64,000 bases of DNA from Acidobacteriota bacterium. Lineage in GTDB: Bacteria > Acidobacteriota > UBA890 > WLXD01. The stretch covers positions 672,001 to 736,000 of the forward strand of contig CBDBHB010000009.1 of assembly GCA_965205505.1 (NCBI GenBank). Reading direction: 5' to 3'. Positions 1 to 13,373 of the stretch are shown in pieces. A program made the position numbers and the translations under genes. The notes under the pieces were generated by a model. It ran no database searches. It saw only the letters and a program-made list of their open reading frames with translations, and was not told where the DNA came from. How positions within the stretch are numbered: position 1 is the first letter of the stretch; each line of letters begins with the position of its first letter.

Positions 1-68
1 AGGTTCCATCAGCAGGGTGGAGCCAGGTGAACGAAACTTAGGAACGAGGCAGAGTCGAGGCCGCGCTC

Positions 69-1523
69 ATGGCTAAAGCTGACAGCTACATCCCGACGGC
101 TAGAGAACAGGCTTTTCTCGATACTGTCGAGAGTCCCCGCTACGATCGCCAATCGGTCAACGGTCTCAGCCCGTTCCTGGGCGAGCGGGTACCTGATGAC
201 ATGCGGGACTTCTACTCGCCGGACGAGCTTGCCATTCTCGGTGAGCTCAAGGGCACGGAGCGCGATGTCGAGGCGCGGATGCCCGTGAAAATGACGCGCC
301 ACTACTTTACGTTGGCACAACAAAGCCCCCCTTTGCGCCGCTTGGTGAAGGCAAGCCCAGACGAGACGCGGAGCCTGGCTGGCTCGGAGGATCCCGGGTT
401 TCAGATGGATTTCAGCCCTGTTGAGGGCCTAATTCACAAGTACGAGATGGGTCTGCTGTACGTCACGTCGACGTGCTCGGCACATTGTCGGTTTTGCTAC
501 CGCGAGGAGTTGATCAGCCGCAAAGAAATCGAGCGGCAGGACGGAACTGTCGCGAGTAAGGGGCTTGCTCAGATCGGTGAGGTCACCGACTACGTCCTCT
601 CGTACAACAGGCTCGTCGAAGAGAACGGTGGGCGGCATCCAGAGTCCGGCCGTGAGCGGCTGCGCGAGATCTTGTTGTCGGGCGGCGATCCGATGGTGTT
701 GCCAAACGGAAAGATCGCGGCATGGTTGGCGGCACTCGCCGAGGCTGGCATTGAGGCTATCCGGATAGGTACGAAGGAATTGGCGTTCTTCCCGGATCGC
801 TTCGACGAGACGTTTTTCTCCATGCTCGACGCTTTCCACGACACGTATCCCGATGTCGGTCTTCGCGTGATGGTGCATTTCAATCACCCCGATGAGTTCC
901 TCGTCAAGGACGACGACGGGCGCTACGCAGAGAACCCGAACGGGTCACTCAAGTGGATTGACTCGGCAAAGCGTGCCCTGGAGGGCCTCACGTCGCGGGG
1001 ATGGGTGACCGTTGAGAATCAGTCTCCAATTATCAAAGGCATCAACGATGACCCCGATGCGTTGCGCATCATGCAGCGAGCCCTGAAGCGTGTGGGCGCC
1101 GAGAATCACTACTTCTTTTGCGGCCGCGACATCGTCGCCTACGAGGCGTTCAACGTGCCGATTGAAACCGCCTGGCAAACCTTGAATGAGTCGCAGAAGG
1201 GACTGTCCGGTGTTGAGACGCGTGCCCGACTCTCGATCACGCACTACAAGGGCAAGACCGAGGTAGCCGCGGTCACGAACGGACCGATCCCGGGCGTCCC
1301 TGGTACAGAGAACGGAGTGGTGATCTTCAAGATCCTGCGGAGCGCCGCCAGCGCACCGGAACGCGGAAAAGTGTGCATCGTCGGGCGGAACCCTGACGCG
1401 ATTTGGTTCGACGGCTACGCCGACCGCGTCATCTATGACGAGGCGGGGCTCTTCGACTACGCGCGGATACAGGCCCTCGGGACGGCTGTGCCTTCCTCAG
1501 TTGCCGCGGGTGCCGGTTCCTAG
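69..1523 (+). CDS. KamA-family radical SAM protein (lysine 2,3-aminomutase-like)
   Basis: 484-aa ORF with CSAHCRFC (CxxxCxxC), ILLSGGDP, HFNHPDE, NQSPIIKGINDD and a late GK motif typical of the KamA/EpmB family. Confidence 0.85.
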   Translation: MAKADSYIPTAREQAFLDTVESPRYDRQSVNGLSPFLGERVPDDMRDFYSPDELAILGELKGTERDVEARMPVKMTRHYFTLAQQSPPLRRLVKASPDETRSLAGSEDPGFQMDFSPVEGLIHKYEMGLLYVTSTCSAHCRFCYREELISRKEIERQDGTVASKGLAQIGEVTDYVLSYNRLVEENGGRHPESGRERLREILLSGGDPMVLPNGKIAAWLAALAEAGIEAIRIGTKELAFFPDRFDETFFSMLDAFHDTYPDVGLRVMVHFNHPDEFLVKDDDGRYAENPNGSLKWIDSAKRALEGLTSRGWVTVENQSPIIKGINDDPDALRIMQRALKRVGAENHYFFCGRDIVAYEAFNVPIETAWQTLNESQKGLSGVETRARLSITHYKGKTEVAAVTNGPIPGVPGTENGVVIFKILRSAASAPERGKVCIVGRNPDAIWFDGYADRVIYDEAGLFDYARIQALGTAVPSSVAAGAGS

Positions 1524-1797
1524 CAGGCCGTGGTGGAAGTGTGGCGGGCCTGGCGACAGGGTCTTGCGAGGAGGAGGCAAGGAGAGAGGAGGAGGCGATA
1601 GCTACCCCATCGTTGACGACGAACGACGCAGCATACGCGCGCAACCCCCTATCGCCCGGAGGGTTACGGCGATTTGGGGTCATCTGCGGCGTTGGCCCTC
1701 CTGGACGATGGCTGGAGCATCGCCCAGGAGGGCCGCCTTCCATCTGACCCCAACTCGCCGTAACCAGGCCCGCCACACTTCCACCACGGCCTGCTAA
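1520..1797. mobile_element. MITE (family A) with terminal inverted repeats, flanked by CTAG/CTAA
   Basis: 1521-1553 tagcaggccgtggtggaagtgtggcgggcctgg is the exact reverse complement of 1764-1796; long imperfect internal hairpin 1662-1765; no credible coding capacity. Confidence 0.85.
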
Positions 1798-1872
1798 ACG
1801 AAGTACACGCGCGCCGGTTTCCACCGGCCTACGCCACACGCCACAGGACTCGGGGCGGCTAGGATCCAGGCC

Positions 1873-2697
1873 ATGAACGACCTCTACGCTGTGCTCATCG
1901 GGCTCGCCTCCGGCGTCCATACCTCCACCTGGGGGATGTACAAGGACGCCCCGCACGAGGGCTTCACCTGGCCCAAGTACCTGCGCAGCACGCTGATCGG
2001 CGTGCTGGCGGCCCTGGTGCTCAACCGAGTGCTCCAGCTCGACCTTACGATAGCTTCCAACATCGCCGTGTTCTTCGGCGCCACCTACGTCGGCGAGCGT
2101 GCCTTGCTGGAGTTCTGGAAGACCTTCCTGCGCGTCGAGGACCAATCGAAGTATTTCATTCCCATGCAGTTCGCCGTTCTCGGTAAGGTCGTCGAGAACC
2201 GTGCGGTGCAGCTGGCGGTGGCGGTGGCGTACGCTGCAACCTGCATCTTCATCGGCTACTCGATCTGGTGGTTTCAGCAGACCGATCCGCAGCTGAGCCC
2301 GTTGCTCGTGGTCGCCACCATCGGCGCCGCCGGCGGCTGGATCTCGGCCTTGGGCGGTGCCTGGAAAGACGCCCCCAAGGAGGGCTTCGAGACCCTCAAG
2401 TTTTTCCGCAGCCCGCAGCTCGCCGCCGCATGGGCCTGGCTGCTGGCGCACTTCACCGGCAACTACCTGCTCATCGCCTCCTGCGCCCTCGGCTACACCA
2501 TCGCCACCACCGAGACCTACAAGACGTTCTTCTTTCCCAGCAAGCCGCGCGGCAAGTTCGCCGGCATGCCGATCTCGCATCCGGATTGGCTACAGCGGCG
2601 GTATTACTTCGTGCCGCTGTACGTCGCCGTGTGGATCGGCGTCATCGTGGTGTTTGTGCTCGGATTCATGGGGCCACACCGGGGCCTGCTCGCGTAG
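1873..2697 (+). CDS. Hypothetical polytopic membrane protein with internal duplication
   Basis: 274-aa hydrophobic ORF; repeated motif WGMYKDAPHEGFTWPKYLRS / GGAWKDAPKEGFETLKFFRS. Confidence 0.8.
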   Translation: MNDLYAVLIGLASGVHTSTWGMYKDAPHEGFTWPKYLRSTLIGVLAALVLNRVLQLDLTIASNIAVFFGATYVGERALLEFWKTFLRVEDQSKYFIPMQFAVLGKVVENRAVQLAVAVAYAATCIFIGYSIWWFQQTDPQLSPLLVVATIGAAGGWISALGGAWKDAPKEGFETLKFFRSPQLAAAWAWLLAHFTGNYLLIASCALGYTIATTETYKTFFFPSKPRGKFAGMPISHPDWLQRRYYFVPLYVAVWIGVIVVFVLGFMGPHRGLLA

Positions 2698-2751
2698 GGT
2701 CGGCGGCAACGTTACGGGCCATGGCCATCTGTTTGTCACGTCGAGTCGGTC

Positions 2752-5437
<2,686 letters not shown>

Positions 5438-5657
5438 TGCGTGTCTGACTCCTCTATGGGGAAAGTAGACCGTTCCGCTGAACGATCTGACCGAGTCTCG
5501 TTGGCGAAGCTTAGCAGGGCACCGAATCGCAGTTCGGCAGCGGCCCCGACCCGCGGTCGAAGTCGTGTGGTGCCGTTCCGAGGGAGACAGGTGGAGGCGT
5601 GCGCCGTATCATGCGCTGGACTGCGGCATTCGCTGCGAGGCGCACTAGTGGTGATCG

Positions 5658-6800
5658 ATGTGTAAGCTCATCCTGCCCGTTCTTGTTGCCCTGCTCGGTC
5701 TCGTGCCGGTCGCCGGTCGCGGCGTAGCAGCCCAAGAAACGTCGGCCAGCGACGCGGCGGCCGAATCCCGCTTCCTCACCCGTATTCGGAGGCTCACCTA
5801 CGATGGGGTGCGCGCCGGCGAGGGCTACTACTCATACGACGGCACCAAGATGGTGCTGCAAAGTGAGCGTGTGGCCGACAATCCGTTCTACCAGATCTAT
5901 CAGCTGGATCTGACCACCGGGGAGACGCAGCGCATCTCGTCCGGCGTGGGCAAGACGACCTGCGCGTTCATCCATCCGGTGACCGGTGAGGTGGAGTACG
6001 CCTCGACGCACCTCGACCTCGACTCCAGGCGCTACCAGCAAGAAGAGCTCGATATGCGCGCCTCCGGGCAGGAGCGCCGCTATGCCTGGGACTACGACCC
6101 GGCGATGGACATCTTCGTGACCGATCCGGCTACCGGGGAGACACGTCAACTCACCGACGCTCGGGGCTACGATGCCGAGGGCAGTTACTCGCCCGACGGC
6201 GAGTGGATTATCTTCTCGTCGAACCGCAACGCCTATTCGCGCCAGCTGACCAGCGAAGAAGAGAATCTGCTGAAGGTCGATCCGGCCTACTTCGCCGACC
6301 TGTGGATCATGCGCGCCGACGGCTCTGCGCAGCGCCAGCTGACCGACGTGCCGGGTTACGACGGCGGTCCGTTCTTTTTTCACGACGGCTCGCGCATTAT
6401 CTGGCGACGCTTCCATCCGTCGGGTCTGCTGGCCGACGTCTACTCCGCCAATCCCGACGGCAGCGACGAGCGGCGGCTCACCGATTTCGGCGCTATGAGC
6501 TGGGCACCGTACGTGTATCCCTCGCGGCAGTACGTGTTCTTCGCTTCGAACAAGCTCGGTTTCGACAATTTCGAGGTGTTCATGGTCGATATCGCCGGTG
6601 AGAAGGAGCCCGTTCGGGTGACCTATTCGGACCGCTTCGACGGTTTGCCGGTGCCGGCGCCGGATGGCTCGACGCTGTCATGGACCTCGCAGCGTCACGG
6701 CGAGAAGGGCTCCCAGATCTTCGTCGCACAGTGGAGCCACGAGGCTGCGCTGGCTGCGGCGCCGGCCCGGGTGCGCAATTCTGAGGAAAGCGACCAGTGA
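5658..6800 (+). CDS. Secreted TolB-like/PD40 beta-propeller protein
   Basis: Signal peptide; repeats GYDAEGSYSPDG, GYDGGPFFFHDG, FDGLPVPAPDG. Confidence 0.85.
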   Translation: MCKLILPVLVALLGLVPVAGRGVAAQETSASDAAAESRFLTRIRRLTYDGVRAGEGYYSYDGTKMVLQSERVADNPFYQIYQLDLTTGETQRISSGVGKTTCAFIHPVTGEVEYASTHLDLDSRRYQQEELDMRASGQERRYAWDYDPAMDIFVTDPATGETRQLTDARGYDAEGSYSPDGEWIIFSSNRNAYSRQLTSEEENLLKVDPAYFADLWIMRADGSAQRQLTDVPGYDGGPFFFHDGSRIIWRRFHPSGLLADVYSANPDGSDERRLTDFGAMSWAPYVYPSRQYVFFASNKLGFDNFEVFMVDIAGEKEPVRVTYSDRFDGLPVPAPDGSTLSWTSQRHGEKGSQIFVAQWSHEAALAAAPARVRNSEESDQ

Positions 6801-8635
6801 GGGTTAGCCCCCAATTGCTCGCTCACGCAGCGTTGGTCGTCGTCTTGTCGCTCAGCGGTGCCACGCGGGTGCACGGACAGCAGACCGTGAGCGCCTTGCA
6901 CGGCGCCGACGCCATTCGCAGACACGTCGAGTTCCTCGCATCTGAGGCCCTGGAGGGCCGGCTAACCGGTGCGGAAGGGGCCGCCCGAGCCGCCGACTAC
7001 CTGATCCAGCAGCTACAGGAGCTCGGGGCCAAGCCGCTGCCCGGGGCGGCCGCCTATCGCTTACCGTTCGAGTTCACTGCCGGGATCACCGACGCAGGCA
7101 GCAGGCTGCGCGTTGCGCAACGGCAGTTCTCCGCTGACGACGGCATGGTTCAGGCGCTCGCGTTCTCGGAGAACGCCACCGTTAGCGGCGAGTTGGTGTT
7201 CGCTGGCTACGGCCTTTCGATTCCCGAGAGCCAGAGCTACCCCTATGACAGTTACTTCGGGCTCGACGTTGCCGACAAGATCGTCGTCGTGCTGCGTTAC
7301 ATTCCCGAGGACGTCGACCCGGAAACGCGGGTGATTCTGTCGCGGTACTCGGGCATGCGTTACAAGGCGCTACAGGCGCGTGAGCGTGGCGCCAAGGGGC
7401 TGCTCGTGGTTACCGGGCCGCGCTCTCCGAACGCCGGCGGGCTGGTGAGGATGACCTTCGACACCGCTGCAGCCAGCTCCGGCATCGTCGCCGCGAGCGT
7501 CGATGGTGGCGTGACCGAAGCGATCTTCGCGGCCGTCGATCGGAGCCTCGAGGAAGTTCAGGCAGAGCTCGATACTGGTAACCCCCACATCGGCGGCTTC
7601 GAGCTCGGCGTGGCTGTCGAGCTCAGCGTCAGCGTTCATCGCCAGCGCGGCGAGGGCAACAACGTGATCGGTTACCTGCCCGCATCCGGCTCGACGGACG
7701 GTGTAGATCGCCCCTGGGTCGTGCTTGGCGCTCACTACGACCATTTGGGCCGCGGCACGGGCGGCAACTCGCTGGCCCGCAAAGATGAGGCGGGCCAGGT
7801 ACACAACGGTGCCGACGACAATGCCTCCGGAGTGGCCGCCGTGCTCGCCGCTGGCGCCCGGCTGGCAGGCATGCCACACGCGCGCAATGTGGCGCTGGCC
7901 TTTTGGTCCGGCGAGGAGCTCGGCACCATCGGCTCGCTCGACTTCACGCGTGGCGGCGAGTTGTCGATGCAACAGGTCGCGGCCAACCTCAACTTCGACA
8001 TGGTGGGTCGCTCACGCGACAACCAGCTCGTGTTGCAGGCGGTTGGTAGTAGCGCCGTGTGGCCGGGTCTCATCGAGCGTAGCAATGTGGTGGTGGGCTT
8101 CGACATCAAGATAGACGACAACCCCTACCTGCCGACGGATTCCAGTTCTTTCAACCAGGCTCGCGTGCCGACGCTGGCATTCTTCACCAACGTGCACACC
8201 GATTACCACCGTCCCAGTGACGACGTCGAGTTGCTCAACATCGAGGATCTCGCTCGAGTAGCTCACCTCGGTGCGCTGGTGGCCCACAAGGTCAGCAATT
8301 TGGATGCAGCACCGCAGTTCGTTGCTGTTCAACGGACCGGCAACGAGCAACAAGGAAGCCGCGACACCGTGAGAGCGTTCACCGGCACGATCCCCGACTA
8401 CGCCTCGGATATCGAGGGCTTGCTCCTCGGCGGGGTAATCGAGGGCGGCCCAGCAGAGGAGGCAGGGCTGCGTGCCGGCGTTGTGATCATCGAGTTCGGT
8501 GGCCAGACGATCGCCAATATCTACGACTACACCTACGCTCTCGACGCGGTGAAGATTGGCGACCCGCTCGAGATCGTCTTCATGCGCGATGGCGAGCGCC
8601 ACGAGACCACGATGACGCCGCGGGCGCGCAGCTGA
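6797..8635 (+). CDS. M28-family metallopeptidase with PA and C-terminal PDZ domains
   Basis: GAHYDHLG, NGADDNASG, SGEELG, NFDMVGR, DYHRPSD motifs; C-terminal GTIPDY...GGPAEEAGL; GTGA overlap with the upstream gene. Confidence 0.9.
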   Translation: MRVSPQLLAHAALVVVLSLSGATRVHGQQTVSALHGADAIRRHVEFLASEALEGRLTGAEGAARAADYLIQQLQELGAKPLPGAAAYRLPFEFTAGITDAGSRLRVAQRQFSADDGMVQALAFSENATVSGELVFAGYGLSIPESQSYPYDSYFGLDVADKIVVVLRYIPEDVDPETRVILSRYSGMRYKALQARERGAKGLLVVTGPRSPNAGGLVRMTFDTAAASSGIVAASVDGGVTEAIFAAVDRSLEEVQAELDTGNPHIGGFELGVAVELSVSVHRQRGEGNNVIGYLPASGSTDGVDRPWVVLGAHYDHLGRGTGGNSLARKDEAGQVHNGADDNASGVAAVLAAGARLAGMPHARNVALAFWSGEELGTIGSLDFTRGGELSMQQVAANLNFDMVGRSRDNQLVLQAVGSSAVWPGLIERSNVVVGFDIKIDDNPYLPTDSSSFNQARVPTLAFFTNVHTDYHRPSDDVELLNIEDLARVAHLGALVAHKVSNLDAAPQFVAVQRTGNEQQGSRDTVRAFTGTIPDYASDIEGLLLGGVIEGGPAEEAGLRAGVVIIEFGGQTIANIYDYTYALDAVKIGDPLEIVFMRDGERHETTMTPRARS

Positions 8636-9793
8636 TTGATCGATACCAGCTACCTCGTCGATCGACTCAGCGCCTACGTTGCTACGCCGTCGATCAATCC
8701 GGCCTTCGACTCGAACGGCAGCGAAGCTCTGCTTGCCGCGATCGTCGCCGCTGATCTGGAAGACCTCGGCATCGCCCCGCAGATGATCGAGCCCGAGCCC
8801 GGCCGCACCTCGGTCGTCGGCCTGCTGCCGGGCTCCGGCGACGGTGCATCTCTGATGCTCTACGCTCATCTCGACACCGTTGGGGTCGAGGGAATGGAGG
8901 CGCCGTTCGAGCCGGTAGTCCGCGACGGGCGACTATACGGTCGTGGCGCCTACGACATGAAGGCGGGACTTGCCGCGTGCATGACCGCTGCCAAGGCACT
9001 GCGCGATATGGACGGCCAGCTGGCGGGTGACGTTCTGGTGGTGGCCGTGGCCGACGAGGAGGAGGCTAGCGTTGGCATGCAGGCGGTGCTCGAGCAGTTC
9101 CGTGCCGATGCCGCTATCGTCACCGAGCCCACCGAGCTGCAGCTGTGCCTGGCGCACAAGGGCTTCGCCTGGGTCGAGGTCGAGGTCCCTGGCGCCGCTG
9201 CTCATGGCAGCCTCTTCGAGCGCGGTGTCGACGCCAACCTGCGCATGGGTCAGCTACTGGTACGGCTGGCCGGGCTCGAACAGGAGATCCGCGAGCGACC
9301 ACCCCACCCGGTGCTGGGGCCGGGATCAATGCACGTGGCGCGCCTCGAGGGTGGCACCGGTTGGAGCACCTATGCAGCGCGCTCGGTGGCGCAGATCGAG
9401 CGCCGACTGCTGCCGGGCGAGGATGGCCGGCTGGCAGTGCACGACATTGAGGAGCTCCTCGGGCGCCTCGAGGCGCCTGCTGCTGATATGACGGGGAGGG
9501 CACGCTTGGTGCTCGAACGCCCGGCGTTCGAAGCTCACGCCGATTCCAGGATCGTTTCGGTTGTTTCGAAGGCAGCGCAGGGCGCCCTGGGCGGCCCACC
9601 GAACCGGCTCGGCTTTCCCTACTGGATGGATGCGGCCTTTCTCGCTGCTGCCGGCATCGACACGGCGGTGTTCGGCCACGCCGGCAGCGGTGCACACGCC
9701 ATCGTCGAGTGGGTCGACCTGGACTCGGTAGAGAAGTTGAGTGCCACGCTGGCCCACGCGGCTCTCGATTATTGCGGCGCTTCCTTGCTGTAG
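8636..9793 (+). CDS. M20 ArgE/DapE-family deacylase/peptidase
   Basis: AHLDTV, GRGAYDMKAG, ADEEEAS, TEPT, GAH motifs. Confidence 0.9.
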   Translation: MIDTSYLVDRLSAYVATPSINPAFDSNGSEALLAAIVAADLEDLGIAPQMIEPEPGRTSVVGLLPGSGDGASLMLYAHLDTVGVEGMEAPFEPVVRDGRLYGRGAYDMKAGLAACMTAAKALRDMDGQLAGDVLVVAVADEEEASVGMQAVLEQFRADAAIVTEPTELQLCLAHKGFAWVEVEVPGAAAHGSLFERGVDANLRMGQLLVRLAGLEQEIRERPPHPVLGPGSMHVARLEGGTGWSTYAARSVAQIERRLLPGEDGRLAVHDIEELLGRLEAPAADMTGRARLVLERPAFEAHADSRIVSVVSKAAQGALGGPPNRLGFPYWMDAAFLAAAGIDTAVFGHAGSGAHAIVEWVDLDSVEKLSATLAHAALDYCGASLL

Positions 9794-10631
9794 TTCACCA
9801 CCGTATCGATGATGCCGAGCTCGACGCGCCGGTTGCGGGCACGTGCCGCCTCGCTGACGCCCTCGGCAAGAGGTTGTGTCTTGCCGAAGCCCTTCATGGC
9901 GAGGATCTCGCGATCGAGGCCAGCTGCCGCCAGGTAATCGAAGACCGCTTGAGCGCGCTGTTCCGATAACGTCTGGTTGTAGGCGAGTGTGCCGATATCG
10001 TCGGTGTGGCCAAAAACCTGAATGCGGTAGCCCGTAGAGGTCATCAACACGCCGACGATGCGGCTGAGTAGCTCGCGGTCGGCCGGCTTGAGATCGGCCT
10101 TGTCGAACTCGAAGTTGATGGTCTCCTCGCCGAGGTTCATGACCAGGCCCAGTGCGGTGCGCTGGGTGTCGGCGATCTGACCGAGCACATCTTGCAAACG
10201 CGACATCTCTGCATCGCGCTGAGCGAGAATACGGTCGGCCTCGGCGCGTGCTTCCCGTGCGGCACCCTCGGCCAGGTAGGCGCGCTGCTGGGCGAAATCC
10301 GCCTCGCTTTCGGCTGCGAGCTGGGCTTCTTCGGCGAAGGGCGTGCCTGAGCTTCATCGTCAGCGCGCTCCTTGGCCTCTCCTACGAGCACGCCGGCAGC
10401 AGCAGCGGCTGCCTCAGCTTCCCGAGCCTGCCGCGTCGCCTGGGCAGCCCGCTCGCGGGCCTCCCCAACATCGTCGCCGAGGGCGGCCATCCGACTCTCC
10501 ACCTCCCGCATGCGCAGGAAGACAAACATCACGAGGCCCGCCAACAGGACGACGAGCAGACCGATCGTCCATAGACGCAGAGCCTTCGGCTCCTTTTGGC
10601 TGTATTGCTCGTCGTACGTCTCGTCCGTCAC
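9769..10631 (-). pseudogene. Membrane-anchored coiled-coil OmpA/MotB-domain protein, frameshift near 10340
   Basis: GTG at 10631 after GGAGGT; TM and Ala/Glu-rich coil; OmpA domain (FEFDKADL, GHTDDIG, NQTLSEQRA, NRRVEL) continues in another frame. Confidence 0.8.
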
Positions 10632-10826
10632 GCGCCCACCTCCCGTCGAGCTGCGTCGCGTCGCCTTCCTGACACCATGAATATACCGCCCACGGTCGTC
10701 ACCAAGCACGGCGCGGTCACGAGTTGGCAGTCGCCAGCGGCCGAGAGCAGCCCGGGCGGCGGGACGAGGCGGCGTAACGTACCAGGCTGGTACCATGAGA
10801 AATCTGTCTCCCCGCACGGAGCTCTC

Positions 10827-11108
10827 ATGGTTCGACGAACGGTCGTGCTCTCTCCACCCAACACGTTCTTCGGCCGCGTGGCCTGGGCGCTGGCTACCGT
10901 CGTGGTCGTGGCGCTCGGGTTCTTCCTGCTCACTGCCGGTTTCGTTGTGGCGCTGGGGCTCGCAGCGGCAGCAGTGTTGCGCATCTGGTGGCGCGGGCGT
11001 CGCATGCGGCAGTACTCCGAGACCGGCTCAGGAGATCTGCTCGAGGTCGAGTACACCGTCGAGCACGACAACCCGGTGGTGTTACCGCGAGGCTCGGGCA
11101 GGCGCTGA
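10827..11108 (+). CDS. Small hypothetical membrane protein
   Basis: ATG after GGAG; two hydrophobic helices and an LLEVEYTVE tail. Confidence 0.6.
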   Translation: MVRRTVVLSPPNTFFGRVAWALATVVVVALGFFLLTAGFVVALGLAAAAVLRIWWRGRRMRQYSETGSGDLLEVEYTVEHDNPVVLPRGSGRR

Positions 11109-11147
11109 GCGCCCTCGCCGATTGATCGAACCGCGGAGGTGATCTCG

Positions 11148-13100
11148 ATGCGGCGCGTTATCACAGGAGCTCGCTGGCTCGGCATCATTGGCTTGCTGAT
11201 CTGCGCGTTGCCCACCGCGGCGTAGGAGGGCGCGCTGCCGGCTGTGGCACAGGTCGAGGACGCGGAGCCCGTCGCGGTGCGCGGCCCGGTCGACCCGGCG
11301 CATCTGGAAGCCTTCTTCGATGGCCTCATGGCGGCGCAGCTCAAGGACCACCACATCGCCGGTGCCACCGTCGCCGTGGTGCGCGATGGTGCGGTGCTGC
11401 TGGCCAAAGGCTATGGGTTCGCCGACGTCGAAAACCGTCGCCGGGTGAGCCCCGACACGACGTTGTTTCGCATCGGCTCGATCTCCAAGACGTTCGTGTG
11501 GACGGCGATCATGCAGCTGGTGCAGCAGGGTCGGATCGATCTCGACACCGATGTCAACGAATACCTCACCGATCTCGAGGTGCCGGCCACCTGCGACGAA
11601 CCGGTGCGCCTGCGGCACCTGATGACCCACACCCCCGGATTCGAGGATCAGGTGATCGGGTTGTTCGCTCGCGACGAGACCAGCCTGGCGCCCCTCGAGG
11701 TGATCCTCCAACGCGAGCTGCCCGACCGGGTTCGCCCGGCCGGTGACGTGTCCTCGTACTCCAATCACGGCACCGGTATCGCCGCGCTCATCGTCGAGGA
11801 GGTTTCGGGGCTGGCGTGGAACGACTACGTCGAGCGGCACATCATCGAACCTCTCGGGATGATCCACACGACGTTCCGGCAGCCGTTTCCGGCAGCGCTC
11901 GATGCCGTGATGTCGATGGGTTACAGCTGGAACGGGACCGGCTTCGAGGAGGAGGACTTCGAGTTCGTCCCGCTCGCACCGGTGGGCGCGGCTGGCGCCA
12001 CTGCCGCCGACATGGCGCGCTTCATGATTGCCCATCTGCAGCTCGGGGTTCTCGATGATGTGCGCATTCTCGACGAGTCGACGGCGCTGCGGATGCAGGG
12101 AGAGCTGTTCAGACACGCCGATCGCATGCACCCGATGGCCCATGGCTTCTACGAGATGGGCACGAACGGCGAGCGCGCCCTCGGACACGGGGGTGACACG
12201 CTCTGGTTCCACTCGGACATGGCGCTGCTTCCGGCACACGGGGTCGGTCTCTTCGTGTCGTTCAACAGTGCTGGAGGCGGTGGCGTGACCAGCGACGTGT
12301 ACCACGCGTTCATGAACGAGTACTTCCCGATCGACGATGCGTCCGAGTTGACCGCGCCTGCCGACTTCGCCGTACGTGGGCAACGCTTTGCCGGTCGCTA
12401 CCGCACCAACCGTTATTCGCACAGCACGCTCGCCAAGCTGACGGCCCTCGGGGCAGCGAAGGTGAGCGTTACCGAGGACGGCGAAGCGTTGGTCACGAGC
12501 GCCACCGGCGCGACGCGTTGGGTCGAGGTGGCGCCGCTGACGTTCCGTGAGGAGCACGGTCAGCGTCTCATTGCCTTCCGCCAGGATGACGACGGCGAGA
12601 TCACCCACCTGTTCCTCGGATGGGTGCCGGTGGTGGCGCTCGAGCGCATCGGCCTGACTGGCAACCCCATGCTGCACGCGGTGATCGCGGTGAGCTCGCT
12701 GGTGCTCTTCATGGGCGCTGCCTTGCTCTGGCCCGCCGCCGCAGCGCTGCGTAGGAAGCACGGATACAGGCTGCCACCCCATCGCCGCATGCCCCTGCTG
12801 ACGAAAAGCGCGGGCTGGCTCGGCAGCGTGCTGTTTCTCACGTTTGCCGCCATGCTCGCGATGTTGACGAGCGATCCGATCCAGATCGTCTTTGGCGCCG
12901 CCCCGTTGCTTCCGGTGGCGTTGACCCTGCCTCTACTGGCGACCCCGGTGGTGGCCGCGGCGATTTACCTCTGTGCCAAGTCGTGGCGCCGGCGAAGAGG
13001 CAGCTTCACGGCACGCCTGGCGTACACGTTGCTGGCCATCGCCTTCGCCGCCACACTGTGGCAGCTCTGGTACTGGAACCTGCTCGGCTACAGGTACTGA
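11148..13100 (+). pseudogene. Serine hydrolase (beta-lactamase/PBP class C-like) with C-terminal TMs; in-frame TAG at 11223
   Basis: GGAGGT then ATG 11148 gives signal peptide MRRVITGARWLGIIGLLICALPTAA* followed in frame by SISK, LMTHTPGF, YSN, HGG motifs. Confidence 0.8.
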
Positions 13101-13129
13101 CTCGCAGGCCACTTCTAAGAGAAGGCCTA

Positions 13130-13330
13130 GTTCGGTCAAGGGCAATGTGGTGCCCAGCGAAGAATCGATCTGCACGGCATGCTCGTATTCGCACTCTGGT
13201 GGACGAGGATTCAGGTCGTCCGGTGCATTCTGGGGTCCGTCCCGATTCGAGGCGCTGCAATCTAGCTGCCGAGCTCGAAGCTCGTAGTGACCTTCGCAGT
13301 CGCCCGGACCGGGCGGTCAGATCGATAACC
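13130..13330 (-). ncRNA. Putative IS110 bridge/seek RNA
   Basis: Non-coding end 3' of the recombinase; stem-internal loop-stem at 13251-13304 whose unpaired segments match the reconstructed target; boundaries approximate. Confidence 0.6.
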
Positions 13331-13373
13331 GTTGGGTCGCGTCGCCCTACCGACCTCCTGGTTGCGGGTTAGT

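Noticed and set aside
5438-5657. Cobalamin riboswitch upstream of the TonB-dependent receptor
   Set aside because: No B12-box or GGGAA/ACUG core could be recognised on the - strand.
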